From positions 1 to 63,895 of the forward strand of contig JAKSVI010000005.1 of NCBI GenBank assembly GCA_024408095.1: a DNA stretch of 63,895 nt. Direction: 5' to 3'. The notes under the pieces were generated by a model. That model searched no databases and was not told the origin of the DNA. It saw nothing but the letters and a program-made list of their open reading frames with translations. Positions 37,775 through 47,775 of the stretch are shown in pieces (the stretch's first letter is position 1; each line of letters starts with the position of its first letter). The DNA is from Bacilli bacterium. GTDB lineage: Bacteria; Bacillota_I; Bacilli_A; RFN20; CAG-826. A program made the translations under genes and the position numbers.

Positions 37775-38917
37775 ATGGTCATCGTTGATTTAAAATTAAA
37801 TAAAATATTGGGTTTTGACGATATTTCTATTAATTTTACATATATTCGTAAAACAAAAAATAATCCTATTGGTGTTGAAAATTTAAAAGGAATTAAATCT
37901 TTTAATTACAAAAAAGTGAATTTAATTATGGGTTCTAACTCTTCTGGAAAAACATCATTAGGAAGAGTTTTATGGAATATTATGCGATTTTTAAAAGATA
38001 AAGAAGCGCAGAGTGTTATTTATTTAATGCCTGAACAAGTATTTGAATCTAAAATACGCATGGATTATGTTGTCCAATATAATGAAAGATATTTAATTAA
38101 TAGATTATTTATTTTAATGAACAGAGATAAAACTAATCCAGAAAAAGTAGATATCAAAGCTGACATACAATCTATTCAATTAAGAGAAGGCGATACCTAT
38201 GCAAGTGTATCTAAACTTTTACCTAATGAACCAAAATATATGGACTATATTGAATGTTTATCAAAATACGATTATGGAATTGGTTGGAATATTGCCATGC
38301 CTATAACTGAAAAAGGATTTGATAAGTTAAATTTTGCTTTAAAAGAAGATGAAGTTGAAGAATATAGGGGTGTGATGGAAAAAGTGCTCAAGACACTGGA
38401 TCCAAATATAAAAAGTGTAGGTATTAGCAACGACTCTAAAAAGGCTTTTGTCATTAAATACGATGATGGGAAAACTGTAATCGCACAAGATCAACAAGTT
38501 ATTTCTGATTTACCATATTTTTCAAGTGGAACTAAATATGGATTTAGAATAGCCCATATTCTTTATGGTATTAAAAAACATAAAAACGGTATCTATTATG
38601 TGGATGAGTTATTCTCTTATGTAAATTCAGATATAGAAGTAGTGTCATTAAGCACAATGATACAAATGCTTGGTGATGACGAACAGCTATTCTTTACTAG
38701 TCACAATTCAGAAATAATGAATTTAAATCTGCCATTACATTCCTTCAGTTTTTTAGGAAAGAAAAATATAGATGGTAAACCAACTATTACGTTTATTACT
38801 GCAAGTGAATTTGAAAAAAGAAACAATGTGGTAATTAAAAATTTATATGATAATGACATTTTTGGTATTGCTCCATCAACAAGCTTAATATTTGATTTGG
38901 GGGAAGATAATGAATAG
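37775..38917 (+). CDS. AAA_21-type ABC ATPase (AbiLi/RloA-like)
   Basis: GSNSSGKT, SSGT signature, YYVDE, FFTSHN; overlaps a TOPRIM-like partner gene. Confidence 0.8.
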   Translation: MVIVDLKLNKILGFDDISINFTYIRKTKNNPIGVENLKGIKSFNYKKVNLIMGSNSSGKTSLGRVLWNIMRFLKDKEAQSVIYLMPEQVFESKIRMDYVVQYNERYLINRLFILMNRDKTNPEKVDIKADIQSIQLREGDTYASVSKLLPNEPKYMDYIECLSKYDYGIGWNIAMPITEKGFDKLNFALKEDEVEEYRGVMEKVLKTLDPNIKSVGISNDSKKAFVIKYDDGKTVIAQDQQVISDLPYFSSGTKYGFRIAHILYGIKKHKNGIYYVDELFSYVNSDIEVVSLSTMIQMLGDDEQLFFTSHNSEIMNLNLPLHSFSFLGKKNIDGKPTITFITASEFEKRNNVVIKNLYDNDIFGIAPSTSLIFDLGEDNE

Positions 38918-39092
38918 TTACATTCAATACTTTGTAGAGGGAGAATGTGAAGAAAAACTTATTCAAGAAAGCAAAAAGCCTCCATATTTTATGTTTAAAT
39001 CAGGTAAGGTTGAAGTATTTAATATTGTCAGCAAAGAATTATCCATTGCCCGCATATTGTCAATCAAGAAAAAAACCACAATAGTATTGTGA
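38910..39092 (+). pseudogene. truncated RloB/AbiLii-like TOPRIM partner
   Basis: MNSYIQYFVEGECEEKL (VEG.xE TOPRIM start); stops after 60 aa, before the expected DxD motif. Confidence 0.62.
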
Positions 39093-39288
39093 CAACTTAA
39101 TATATGAACCAGCAAAAGATTTACTAATTAAATTATCTCAAAAGATTTAGTTGTTGCGGTTCCGTGTTAATGAAGCGTATACTTTTACGATATAAAATGG
39201 AAATGCATGATTTTTTAAATAATATGATATCAAATATATAAGAAGGAAAATTCTTGAAAAACTCCTTCTGAAATATTAAAATGAAAAC

Positions 39289-39837
39289 ATGACTTATACA
39301 TGGCAGGAAATTGTTAGAGTTGAAGGGAACATCAATAACGCTTACAAAAGTATAGAAAAAAGAAAATATAAAAAAGTTTCTCACGGAGTTTATGTAGATG
39401 GAGACGAATTCATCAGCGAGCTTGAACAGTTATTTGCTCGTTATCCTCGTGCTACATTAACTCTTCAAAGTGCATTTGATTATTATGATTTGTCAGATTA
39501 TGTTCCTGAAAAATATTCTTTAGTGACACCTTATAATTCTCACACAATAACACATGATAAAGTTTCTCAGTCGTATATGAGTGACGATATTATTGATATT
39601 GGCCGTCAAAAAATAGAAACAAAATACGGATATATTTATATTTTTGATATAGAAAGAATGCTAATCGAATTATTTCGTCTAAAGGTCAAGCTTCCAAAAG
39701 AATACTTTTTAGAAGTAGTCTCTTCTTATAGAGTTTTAAAATCACTGGGATCCATTTCATTTGGAAAAATAGCCAAGTATTGTGCAAAGATGACAAAAGG
39801 CAATAAATTATTAAAAGAAATTCAGGAGATGATATGA
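39289..39837 (+). CDS. AbiEi-like type IV antitoxin
   Basis: GVY, SAFDYYDLSD, IFDIERMLIELFR; ATGA-coupled to a nucleotidyltransferase. Confidence 0.82.
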   Translation: MTYTWQEIVRVEGNINNAYKSIEKRKYKKVSHGVYVDGDEFISELEQLFARYPRATLTLQSAFDYYDLSDYVPEKYSLVTPYNSHTITHDKVSQSYMSDDIIDIGRQKIETKYGYIYIFDIERMLIELFRLKVKLPKEYFLEVVSSYRVLKSLGSISFGKIAKYCAKMTKGNKLLKEIQEMI

Positions 39838-40637
39838 GTGAAACTATAAAAGAACTCATCGAAGACTATATTTCAAAAGGTTTTACTCTTTTTCAAGCGA
39901 GAAATTTAACTGCTCAGTTTATAATTCTTTCAAAAATAGGAAAATCTAAATATGCCGATTCGGTCCTATTAAAAGGTGGTGTAGTTATGTATAACATGAC
40001 TCACGAACAAAGAAGAACTACAAGCGACTTGGATTTTGATTTTATTCGTTATAACATTTCAAACGATAATATTAAATTATTTATTGATGCATTGAATAAT
40101 AAAAATTCCCAATACAAAATAACTATAAATGGTAAAATCGAAACATTGCACCAACAAGATTATCACGGTAAAAGAGTAAAATTATTAGTCAAAGACAAAA
40201 CAGAAACAATAAAATTTAAACTAGATATCGGTGTACACACATTATTAGCAATTAATCAAAATAAAATGTGTTTTTCATTTGACCAAGAAAATAATTTAAC
40301 CTTATTGGTAAACCCTCCTGAGCAAATGTTTTCCGAAAAATTATTTTCTTTAGCAAAAATTGGGCCAACAAGCGTAAGATTCAAAGATGTTGACGATATG
40401 TTTTATCTTATCAAAAATAAATCAATTGACATAAAAATAGTTAGAAAATGTTTAGAATTATTAGTGATAAATCCTGTAAATGATATAAAGGGCATCCAGG
40501 ATGTAATAGACAAGGCCTCAGATACTTTGCAAAACGAATTGTTTGCTGTTGGATATATCAATTCTGATAGTGCTTGGTTAAAACAAGACTATAACAAAAC
40601 AAAATCGGTTCTAATTGATTACATTTATAGAATTTAG
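39834..40637 (+). CDS. AbiEii-like nucleotidyltransferase (type IV toxin)
   Basis: LLKGG, RRTTSDLDF, EQMFSEKL, RFKDVDD. Confidence 0.88.
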   Translation: MSETIKELIEDYISKGFTLFQARNLTAQFIILSKIGKSKYADSVLLKGGVVMYNMTHEQRRTTSDLDFDFIRYNISNDNIKLFIDALNNKNSQYKITINGKIETLHQQDYHGKRVKLLVKDKTETIKFKLDIGVHTLLAINQNKMCFSFDQENNLTLLVNPPEQMFSEKLFSLAKIGPTSVRFKDVDDMFYLIKNKSIDIKIVRKCLELLVINPVNDIKGIQDVIDKASDTLQNELFAVGYINSDSAWLKQDYNKTKSVLIDYIYRI

Positions 40638-40744
40638 TTTGTCAATATTTAAGAAGGATAATTAAGTATTTTTTCCTTCCGATATTTTATGAATATATGA
40701 GAAATGAATATTATTAACGATTCTTTACGTTATTAATTTATTAG

Positions 40745-41812
40745 TTATTTTATCTTCTCGTATTTTAAGCCTTTATAGCTATGAATATTATGTGGATCAC
40801 TTCCTGGGGTTAAACCAAATCTACCTCCAGTAGTGGGATATCCATATATCTTACCATCTTTAATATTCATATCTTTTTCCCATGGTAAGTGATATTTACC
40901 ATTCGCTAAATCTTTAATATATGTTAATCCACAGTCACTTTCTCCACCTGGAAGAGCAACATATCCACGGTGTCCTAAGTTATAGATATTATTTTCTAAT
41001 CCCCATTCTCTTCTAGCAGCGTCACATAATTCTGGGAATATTTCCCCGGATACTATTTCATATGGGTTTCTTTGACCTTGGACTAATACGGTGCCATCAT
41101 AGTTGGTGATTTGACCTTCGCCGAAGTAATAGAACACTCCATCATAACCCGCTAAATTGACTGCAACAGTGTACATTAAGTTTTGCCATGCATTTGAGCG
41201 GTTAGTTAATATCCATTGTTCATTAACTTGAGTGGAATATCCTGATATACGGATATAAACATTACATCCTTTATATGCAGCCTCTCTAGCTAATTCTGGA
41301 ATCATGCCATCATGACATATACAAACAGCAAGTTTACTGCCACCTGGACCTTCACATACTGGCATACCAAGATCTCCTGGATACCAAGGCTCGATTGGGT
41401 TCCATGGGAATAACTTACGATATTTTAAAACCATCTCGCCTTTATCATTAATAATAATAGCAGTATTATATGGGTTCTTATTTGGATCTGGATTTCTCTC
41501 CATTATTGAAAAAACCCCGTAAACTCCGGCTTCTTTGCACGCTTTTGCTAATAATTCTGTTTCTTTTCCAGGTACATCACATAAGAATTCTTCTGTTAAC
41601 CATTTACTAGTATTTAATCCTTGAAGTGAATATTCTGGGAAAACAATTAGTTCCGCTCCTGGGTACCCAGCCTTAGTAGCATGTAACGTTCTTATTATTT
41701 CTTGTAATTGATCTTCTATATCTTTTCTTGAATTGATAATTGGTACTGGCATTTGTATTGCACAGACAAGTAAACCATGACTCGGTTTATTCATACTTCC
41801 TATACTTCCCAT
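40745..41812 (-). CDS. amiF: formamidase (nitrilase superfamily)
   Basis: MGSIGSM start, FPEYS (Glu), KYRKLFPW (Lys), CICHDG (Cys), [10 protein letters not shown]; closely matches Helicobacter AmiF as I recall it. Confidence 0.95.
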   Translation of the reverse strand: MGSIGSMNKPSHGLLVCAIQMPVPIINSRKDIEDQLQEIIRTLHATKAGYPGAELIVFPEYSLQGLNTSKWLTEEFLCDVPGKETELLAKACKEAGVYGVFSIMERNPDPNKNPYNTAIIINDKGEMVLKYRKLFPWNPIEPWYPGDLGMPVCEGPGGSKLAVCICHDGMIPELAREAAYKGCNVYIRISGYSTQVNEQWILTNRSNAWQNLMYTVAVNLAGYDGVFYYFGEGQITNYDGTVLVQGQRNPYEIVSGEIFPELCDAARREWGLENNIYNLGHRGYVALPGGESDCGLTYIKDLANGKYHLPWEKDMNIKDGKIYGYPTTGGRFGLTPGSDPHNIHSYKGLKYEKIK

Positions 41813-42195
41813 ATATTGTTTTTCTCCTTGTGTGTAATTCTATAATATTACTTGATGAATTACATTAACTTTATTTTAAATAGACGCAATTATTAGATAC
41901 AATCCACTAATAATATAATTATTAATTATTGAATTTGACACAATATAACAAATGTTACCAATGTAAATAGTATATATTAATAACATTTACGAAAAAGAAT
42001 GTAATTTAATGAGCGCATTTAAGAAATAAGTAGGAGTTATCAAATAATTTTATCGGCAAAATATGAAAAAGCATTCCTTACTAAATGTTTCATAAATTGC
42101 CAATATTTTTTATTATTTGCGTCCTAATAATTTTAGTATCATATTTTCATATTAAAATATGTTATATTATTAATGTTTTATGGAGACTTTTAAGT

Positions 42196-44415
42196 ATGAA
42201 ATATAAGGATTCAAAATATTCTATCCCCGAAAGAGTGGAAGACTTACTTTCGAGAATGACACTTGATGAAAAACTAGAACAGATGCATTGTTTTGGTTGT
42301 GTTTACACTCCTGATGAGGAGCTTGAATTTATTAAAAAAGGTGAGAATAAGATTCATAGCGAGTTTTATACATTTGTTAGTTTTACTACTGCACAATTAA
42401 ATAGAATTCAAAAATTTGCAGTAGAAGAAACACGTTTGGGCATTCCAGCATACATTGCTACTGAATGTGTGCATGGCGCCCCAACTCCATATACAACAAT
42501 TTTTCCATCAAATGGCGCGTTAGCGGCAACATTCGATTTAAGTCTTGCTGAAAGAGCGAGCCATATCGAAGGAAAAGAATTAAAAATGTTAGGTTTCAAC
42601 AGAGTTTATTCTCCAAATGTTGATTTGTTACGCGATGGAAGATGGGGAAGAAGTGGCGAAGACTATGGTGAAGATCCATATCTTGTTGGTAAGTTCGGTG
42701 CTGAAATAGTAAAAGGACTTCAAGCAGAAGGAATTGAAGCCACAATTAAACACTATATTGGTTATTCTATGCCAGAAGGCGGATTGAACCTTGGCTCTGG
42801 TCATATTGGCGAGCGAGAAATGAGGGAATATTTCCTTCCATCTTTTGCGGAATGTATTAAAGCTGGAGCAATGGGCGTTATGAACTGCTATAACGAAGTT
42901 GATGGCGTTCCTGCTGGTGTGGATCCATTTTGGATGACCAAGGTATTACGTGAGGAATTAGGATTTACAGGTGATGTTATTACTGATTATGGTCTAACTG
43001 GAATTTGTTGGCATCGTCATCAAATGGTTAATCGTAGTGAATATCAACTTGGAAAAATCTTTCTTGATGCAAATATTGATATAGAAGCGTGCGCTAGAGA
43101 TGCTTATGGACCTCAAATGAAGGAAATGGTGGAATCTGGTGAAGTGGATATTGAAAAAATCAATACCGCTGTACGACGTGTCTTAACTAATAAATTTAAA
43201 TTAGGTTTATTTGATAATCCATATGTACCTGAAGTTGATGAATTCAATATCAGAACAAAAGAAGCGCATGAGTTAACATATGAAATCGAGGCTAAAGGCG
43301 CAGTTTTACTTAAAAATAATGGAATCCTTCCTTTAAAGGAAAAGAAAAACATTTTACTTGTCGGGCCCAATTCAATGATTGCTCAATTGGGTGGTATTTG
43401 TTACTTCCCATTTGCCCAAGATGGTAAGCATGAATTTACTTGTGCCGCTGCAAAAGCCATTAAAACTCATGAAGCATTTATCAATAAATTCGGTAAAGAA
43501 AATGTTAAAGTCCTACCTTGCTGTAACTTTATGAATGTTGATGATAAACAATTAACAGAGGCTGTTGAATTAGCAAATAAATGGGCTGATGTGATTATTT
43601 TTGCAGGTGGAAATAACGCACAAGGTTATTCTGGTGGCGAAAATGGTGGTGCTAATAATCCAGTTAATCTTCCTGATGCTTGTACTTCAAATGAAGGATA
43701 TGACACTGATGATATATGCATTTGTAAAGCACAAAAAACTGTCTTTAGAACACTTAAAGAAACAAAAGCACCAATTGTTTTCTTAATATATGATGGAAAA
43801 CCATGTTCAGTTACTGAAGAATTAGATGATATTTCTGCATTAATTTATTGTTTCGGCATTGGAATGGAAGGCAATAGAGCCATTGCAGATATTATTGCTG
43901 GGGATGTTGTTCCATCTGGAAAAATGACATTTACTATTCCTCGTAGTGTTGGACAAATCCCAATATTCTACAATAGAAAACCATTAAGAGGTGCATATGA
44001 TCGCTCCGGCAACGATGAAAAAGCAGGACAAGATTATGTCTTTAGCGATAAAAAGCCATTGTTTGAATTTGGTGATGGTTTATCATATACAAAGTTTGAA
44101 TATAGCGATCTTAAAGTTGAAAAAGTTAATGAAAAATACAAAGTTAGTGTGAAAGTTTCTAATATTGGCGATTATGATGCAGATGAATCTGTTCTTGTTT
44201 ATACAGGAAGTTTGTCTAACATTATGGTTTGTCCTTGTGTTAAAAAACTTAGAGCGTTTAAACGTATTCATTTAAATAAAGGCGAATCACAAATTGTTGA
44301 ATTTATTTTAACAAAAGAAGACTGGGCATATGTCGGATATGATATGAAAACAGCTTATCCTGTTGCAGATGTCAAAGTCATGGTTAAAGATTTAGAAGTT
44401 ATATTCCATATTTAA
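42196..44415 (+). CDS. glycoside hydrolase family 3 (beta-glucosidase/xylosidase)
   Basis: TRLGIP, RDGRWGR..E.YGEDP, IKHY, VITDY, VLLKNNG.LPL, FEFGDGLSYT, C-terminal Fn3-like domain; GGAG RBS for 42196. Confidence 0.94.
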   Translation: MKYKDSKYSIPERVEDLLSRMTLDEKLEQMHCFGCVYTPDEELEFIKKGENKIHSEFYTFVSFTTAQLNRIQKFAVEETRLGIPAYIATECVHGAPTPYTTIFPSNGALAATFDLSLAERASHIEGKELKMLGFNRVYSPNVDLLRDGRWGRSGEDYGEDPYLVGKFGAEIVKGLQAEGIEATIKHYIGYSMPEGGLNLGSGHIGEREMREYFLPSFAECIKAGAMGVMNCYNEVDGVPAGVDPFWMTKVLREELGFTGDVITDYGLTGICWHRHQMVNRSEYQLGKIFLDANIDIEACARDAYGPQMKEMVESGEVDIEKINTAVRRVLTNKFKLGLFDNPYVPEVDEFNIRTKEAHELTYEIEAKGAVLLKNNGILPLKEKKNILLVGPNSMIAQLGGICYFPFAQDGKHEFTCAAAKAIKTHEAFINKFGKENVKVLPCCNFMNVDDKQLTEAVELANKWADVIIFAGGNNAQGYSGGENGGANNPVNLPDACTSNEGYDTDDICICKAQKTVFRTLKETKAPIVFLIYDGKPCSVTEELDDISALIYCFGIGMEGNRAIADIIAGDVVPSGKMTFTIPRSVGQIPIFYNRKPLRGAYDRSGNDEKAGQDYVFSDKKPLFEFGDGLSYTKFEYSDLKVEKVNEKYKVSVKVSNIGDYDADESVLVYTGSLSNIMVCPCVKKLRAFKRIHLNKGESQIVEFILTKEDWAYVGYDMKTAYPVADVKVMVKDLEVIFHI

Positions 44416-44548
44416 ATCAAAAAATGTTTAAATTTAAAAAAAATACATGAGTTTTGCAGTGTATAATGAAAAATTTGAATAATTTTAAAATCAAAAATGA
44501 TGGGGCCAATACTTTATTGTTATAACGTATTTGATGATGTATTAAGAT

Positions 44549-46300
44549 ATGAATGATGTAACTATAAAACAAAACAAATCAGGTAAGAAAGCAAATTTAC
44601 TTTTTAATAAATTTATTTCTGTTTTTGCGGTAGCTGCTTTTGGATATTTATTCTCGGTTTTCGTTTCTTTTTTTGATTCGATGGTTTCTGGAAATTTGCT
44701 ATCGAGCGAAGCACTTAACGCCGTTCAAATTATTTCGCCAATTTCCAGTTTTATTTCCTTTGTGGCAAATTTAGGTGCTGTTGGAATATCAACGCTATAT
44801 TTTACTTACTTAAATAAAAGTGAAAATAAGAAAGCTAAAAATCTCGCTGGAACTGGCTTAATTTTCACGATTATTATTGGAGCATGTACCTCCCTTTTAT
44901 TATTTTCAATAATGAATCCTTTTATAAATGCTTATGGCCTAAGCCAGGAAGCTCAAGCTTATGCTAGGGATTATTATCTTTGGTATATTGCGCTAGGATT
45001 TTTAATTCCTTTACAAAATTATTTTTATGAATTCATCTCCATGGACTATGATAACAGTCTAAAACTTATTGGAGATTTAGGCTTAGCTATTGTTAAAGTA
45101 GTTCTTTCTTTTATCCTTATTAGAATTTTAGGAATTAACGGATTAGGGCTTGCAACTGTATGCAGTTATGCTTTTTGTTTATTAATTGATTGTCTTCATT
45201 TCTTTAAAAAGAAGAATTCAATACATTTTAGTTTCACCCCCTCCTTTAAAGACTTATGGAAAGGGATACAATTAAGTTTTGGTTCTGCTATAAGTTATTT
45301 ATTATCTGCTGTAGTATCAACGCTAGTAAACTTATTTATTACATCTTTTTTTGGAAGTTCTTATTTAGTTATTATGACAATAATATCTTTTGAAATAAAA
45401 TTAGCAGGAACATTACGTAAGATTCCAACATCAATCAAACCATCAATGACCGCAGCAATAGGTACAAATAATTCTAATGATTTCGATTTATGCCTTTCTA
45501 TTATTAAAAAAACTTTTATTATTTGTACTCCTATCTTAATGGCGATAGTAATGGCTTGCTCTCCTGCAATCAATCTTTTATATCATGTAAATCCAGGTAG
45601 TGAAATTTATTTTCTATGTATCATTGCCTCTTTAGTTACACCAATAACTTTCTTCTGCACGGGTATGGTTAGAACATATTCAACTGTCTATATGACTTTA
45701 GGCAAATCTAGCATTTTTATAATTGATGATATTATTTCTGCAATATTTAAAGTAGGAGTATCGTGTTTATTTGGATATTTATTTGGAATAATTGGTTTTA
45801 TTGTCGGAATGACGGTTTCATATATTGCAACATTTGTTGCGATTACTTTATATATTTATTTTACGAATCATCCACATTGCATATTTAAAAGAATTGAAAC
45901 GGACGAATCCCAACAAAGCTTTGACTTTTATTTAAATGAAGAAAATATTGACTTCTTCATGAATGAATTTTCTCGTTTATTTAAGGACAATGGTGTAAAT
46001 GAAAATTTCACTAATGAATATATTAAGGAAATGGGTGACTTATATAACACTGCGCTTAGTTATAACAAAAATAATAGAGTTATTAATAGAGTGACCATTT
46101 GTATAGGAAATGATTATATTAGAATTTTAAATAAGAATAACGGCGTTTTTATAGCGGAATCAGAAAAAAATAAACACAAAAATAACAAAGAAAAATATCC
46201 ATTAATAAATGCCATTATGGATAAGGAGACATTAGATATGTATTTATCGTCTTCATTAAATTTTGTCGGATTGAAATTTAGAAAAGATATGGTTTATTGA
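44549..46300 (+). CDS. MATE-family efflux transporter with C-terminal soluble domain
   Basis: 12 TM; DSMVSGNLL...ALNAV, GLGLAT; ~140-aa C-terminal tail. Confidence 0.82.
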   Translation: MNDVTIKQNKSGKKANLLFNKFISVFAVAAFGYLFSVFVSFFDSMVSGNLLSSEALNAVQIISPISSFISFVANLGAVGISTLYFTYLNKSENKKAKNLAGTGLIFTIIIGACTSLLLFSIMNPFINAYGLSQEAQAYARDYYLWYIALGFLIPLQNYFYEFISMDYDNSLKLIGDLGLAIVKVVLSFILIRILGINGLGLATVCSYAFCLLIDCLHFFKKKNSIHFSFTPSFKDLWKGIQLSFGSAISYLLSAVVSTLVNLFITSFFGSSYLVIMTIISFEIKLAGTLRKIPTSIKPSMTAAIGTNNSNDFDLCLSIIKKTFIICTPILMAIVMACSPAINLLYHVNPGSEIYFLCIIASLVTPITFFCTGMVRTYSTVYMTLGKSSIFIIDDIISAIFKVGVSCLFGYLFGIIGFIVGMTVSYIATFVAITLYIYFTNHPHCIFKRIETDESQQSFDFYLNEENIDFFMNEFSRLFKDNGVNENFTNEYIKEMGDLYNTALSYNKNNRVINRVTICIGNDYIRILNKNNGVFIAESEKNKHKNNKEKYPLINAIMDKETLDMYLSSSLNFVGLKFRKDMVY

Positions 46301-46443
46301 TTAATTGATAGAACTTAATACAACATTTCATTTCTCTAGTTGCGTTAAGAATTACAATTTATGATTTTTAGAATTTTGAAAAAGGCTATGCCTTTGGGTT
46401 TTTTGTTCTACACTTTTATAATTATTTATAAGATAATAATCGT

Positions 46444-47775
46444 ATGAGATATAAATTAGTTATTTCCTTTCTTCCTTGTATCGCTCTTTCACTTGCTTCT
46501 TGTTCGTCTTATTCGGATTGGAATCAAGTTGGAACTAGTAACACAATTAATTATTGTTTATTAATTGGACAAATAGATCACACCGATTCTTCTGAAACAA
46601 CCGCCGGACTTCGAGAGGCTTTAGGAACAAGAGATCTTGTACATACCAAAATTAATCCAAATACTGAAAATCCTATTGTTAATGAAAATTTTTATACCGA
46701 TTCACATGGAGTTACATATCGACTAGTGGAAATGGAACATGCTGAACAAAAATCAATTTCAGGTGCACCATGGGATCAACAAACTGCTAATGAAACTACG
46801 ACTTTATGGATTAATAAGCATTATGCTAATTCATGGACTGATTTACAAGGCGTAAAAAGAAAAGGTCAATCTATTTCCCTTTTTGTATCTAATAACGATG
46901 GTATGGCGATGGGCGCTATCGGTAGTGTGAGATGGCTAAAGGGAATGCCAATTTTTGGTTATGGTGCTAATAGCGATGCTGTTTTAAAAGTAAAATCAGG
47001 TGAAATGTTTGGAACCCTTGATCCAGGTACAACTGGCCAAGCTGCTGGAATCTATATGGTTTTAAGAAATTTAATCGACCATCCGGAATATACAACTTTA
47101 GAGGCAACCACTCATGGTTTTGGTGAGGAAAATGCAACAAAATTTGGTTATGTAAAAAGTAAATTTGAACCACTTGATGAAGAAACAAATGCAATGCTAA
47201 CCCAAAATGTTCCTGTAACAAAAGAAAATGTCGATCAATTTTATAATAAGTCAATACTTACTAGACTAGAAGAAAATGAAAGAATTGTTAAGGGTGATCA
47301 AACTGAAGAAGCTAAGATTTATCAATCATATTATTCTGGAACGGATAATTTCTTAAATTCATCAATGAAACCACTTTTTGAGAATTTGAAAACTAAATTT
47401 AATTTTGATGTTACCTCTACTTATGGAAATGGTAATGATGAGTCGCAATCACTTGATAATTTAAATACTAACCTAGCAAAAGGAAAATATTTTAAAGCAT
47501 TTGCTATAAATATGGTTAGGACAACATCTGCGAAATTGTATTTAGACGCTATTTATAATATTTATCAAGAAAACGGAATTGTTAATGTACCGGTTATATT
47601 CTGGAATCGTCAGCCAACAAATGAAGTAAATAAGGTTGATATTAAAAGCATGCATGATAAAAGATTTAAAAACATTTTATTTGTTGGATACGCCGCAAGA
47701 CAAGGTGGAAAAATTCAAGGTGAAATGATTAGAGAATATGTAAGAAACACTATTGAGGCAAAGTATGGAAACTAG
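46444..47775 (+). CDS. MglB-like sugar-binding lipoprotein, circularly permuted
   Basis: Lipobox LASC; NNDGMAMGAI and PIFGY (MglB C-half) precede DNF, AFAINMV, VPVIFWNRQP, GKIQGEMI (MglB N-half). Confidence 0.85.
   Translation: MRYKLVISFLPCIALSLASCSSYSDWNQVGTSNTINYCLLIGQIDHTDSSETTAGLREALGTRDLVHTKINPNTENPIVNENFYTDSHGVTYRLVEMEHAEQKSISGAPWDQQTANETTTLWINKHYANSWTDLQGVKRKGQSISLFVSNNDGMAMGAIGSVRWLKGMPIFGYGANSDAVLKVKSGEMFGTLDPGTTGQAAGIYMVLRNLIDHPEYTTLEATTHGFGEENATKFGYVKSKFEPLDEETNAMLTQNVPVTKENVDQFYNKSILTRLEENERIVKGDQTEEAKIYQSYYSGTDNFLNSSMKPLFENLKTKFNFDVTSTYGNGNDESQSLDNLNTNLAKGKYFKAFAINMVRTTSAKLYLDAIYNIYQENGIVNVPVIFWNRQPTNEVNKVDIKSMHDKRFKNILFVGYAARQGGKIQGEMIREYVRNTIEAKYGN

Noticed and set aside
39090-39092. 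TGA read as Trp (Mycoplasma code 4), which would extend the truncated gene
   Set aside because: Many intact genes end in TGA, including ATGA overlaps at 22193, 28956 and 39834; Trp is encoded by TGG and long ORFs are not fragmented
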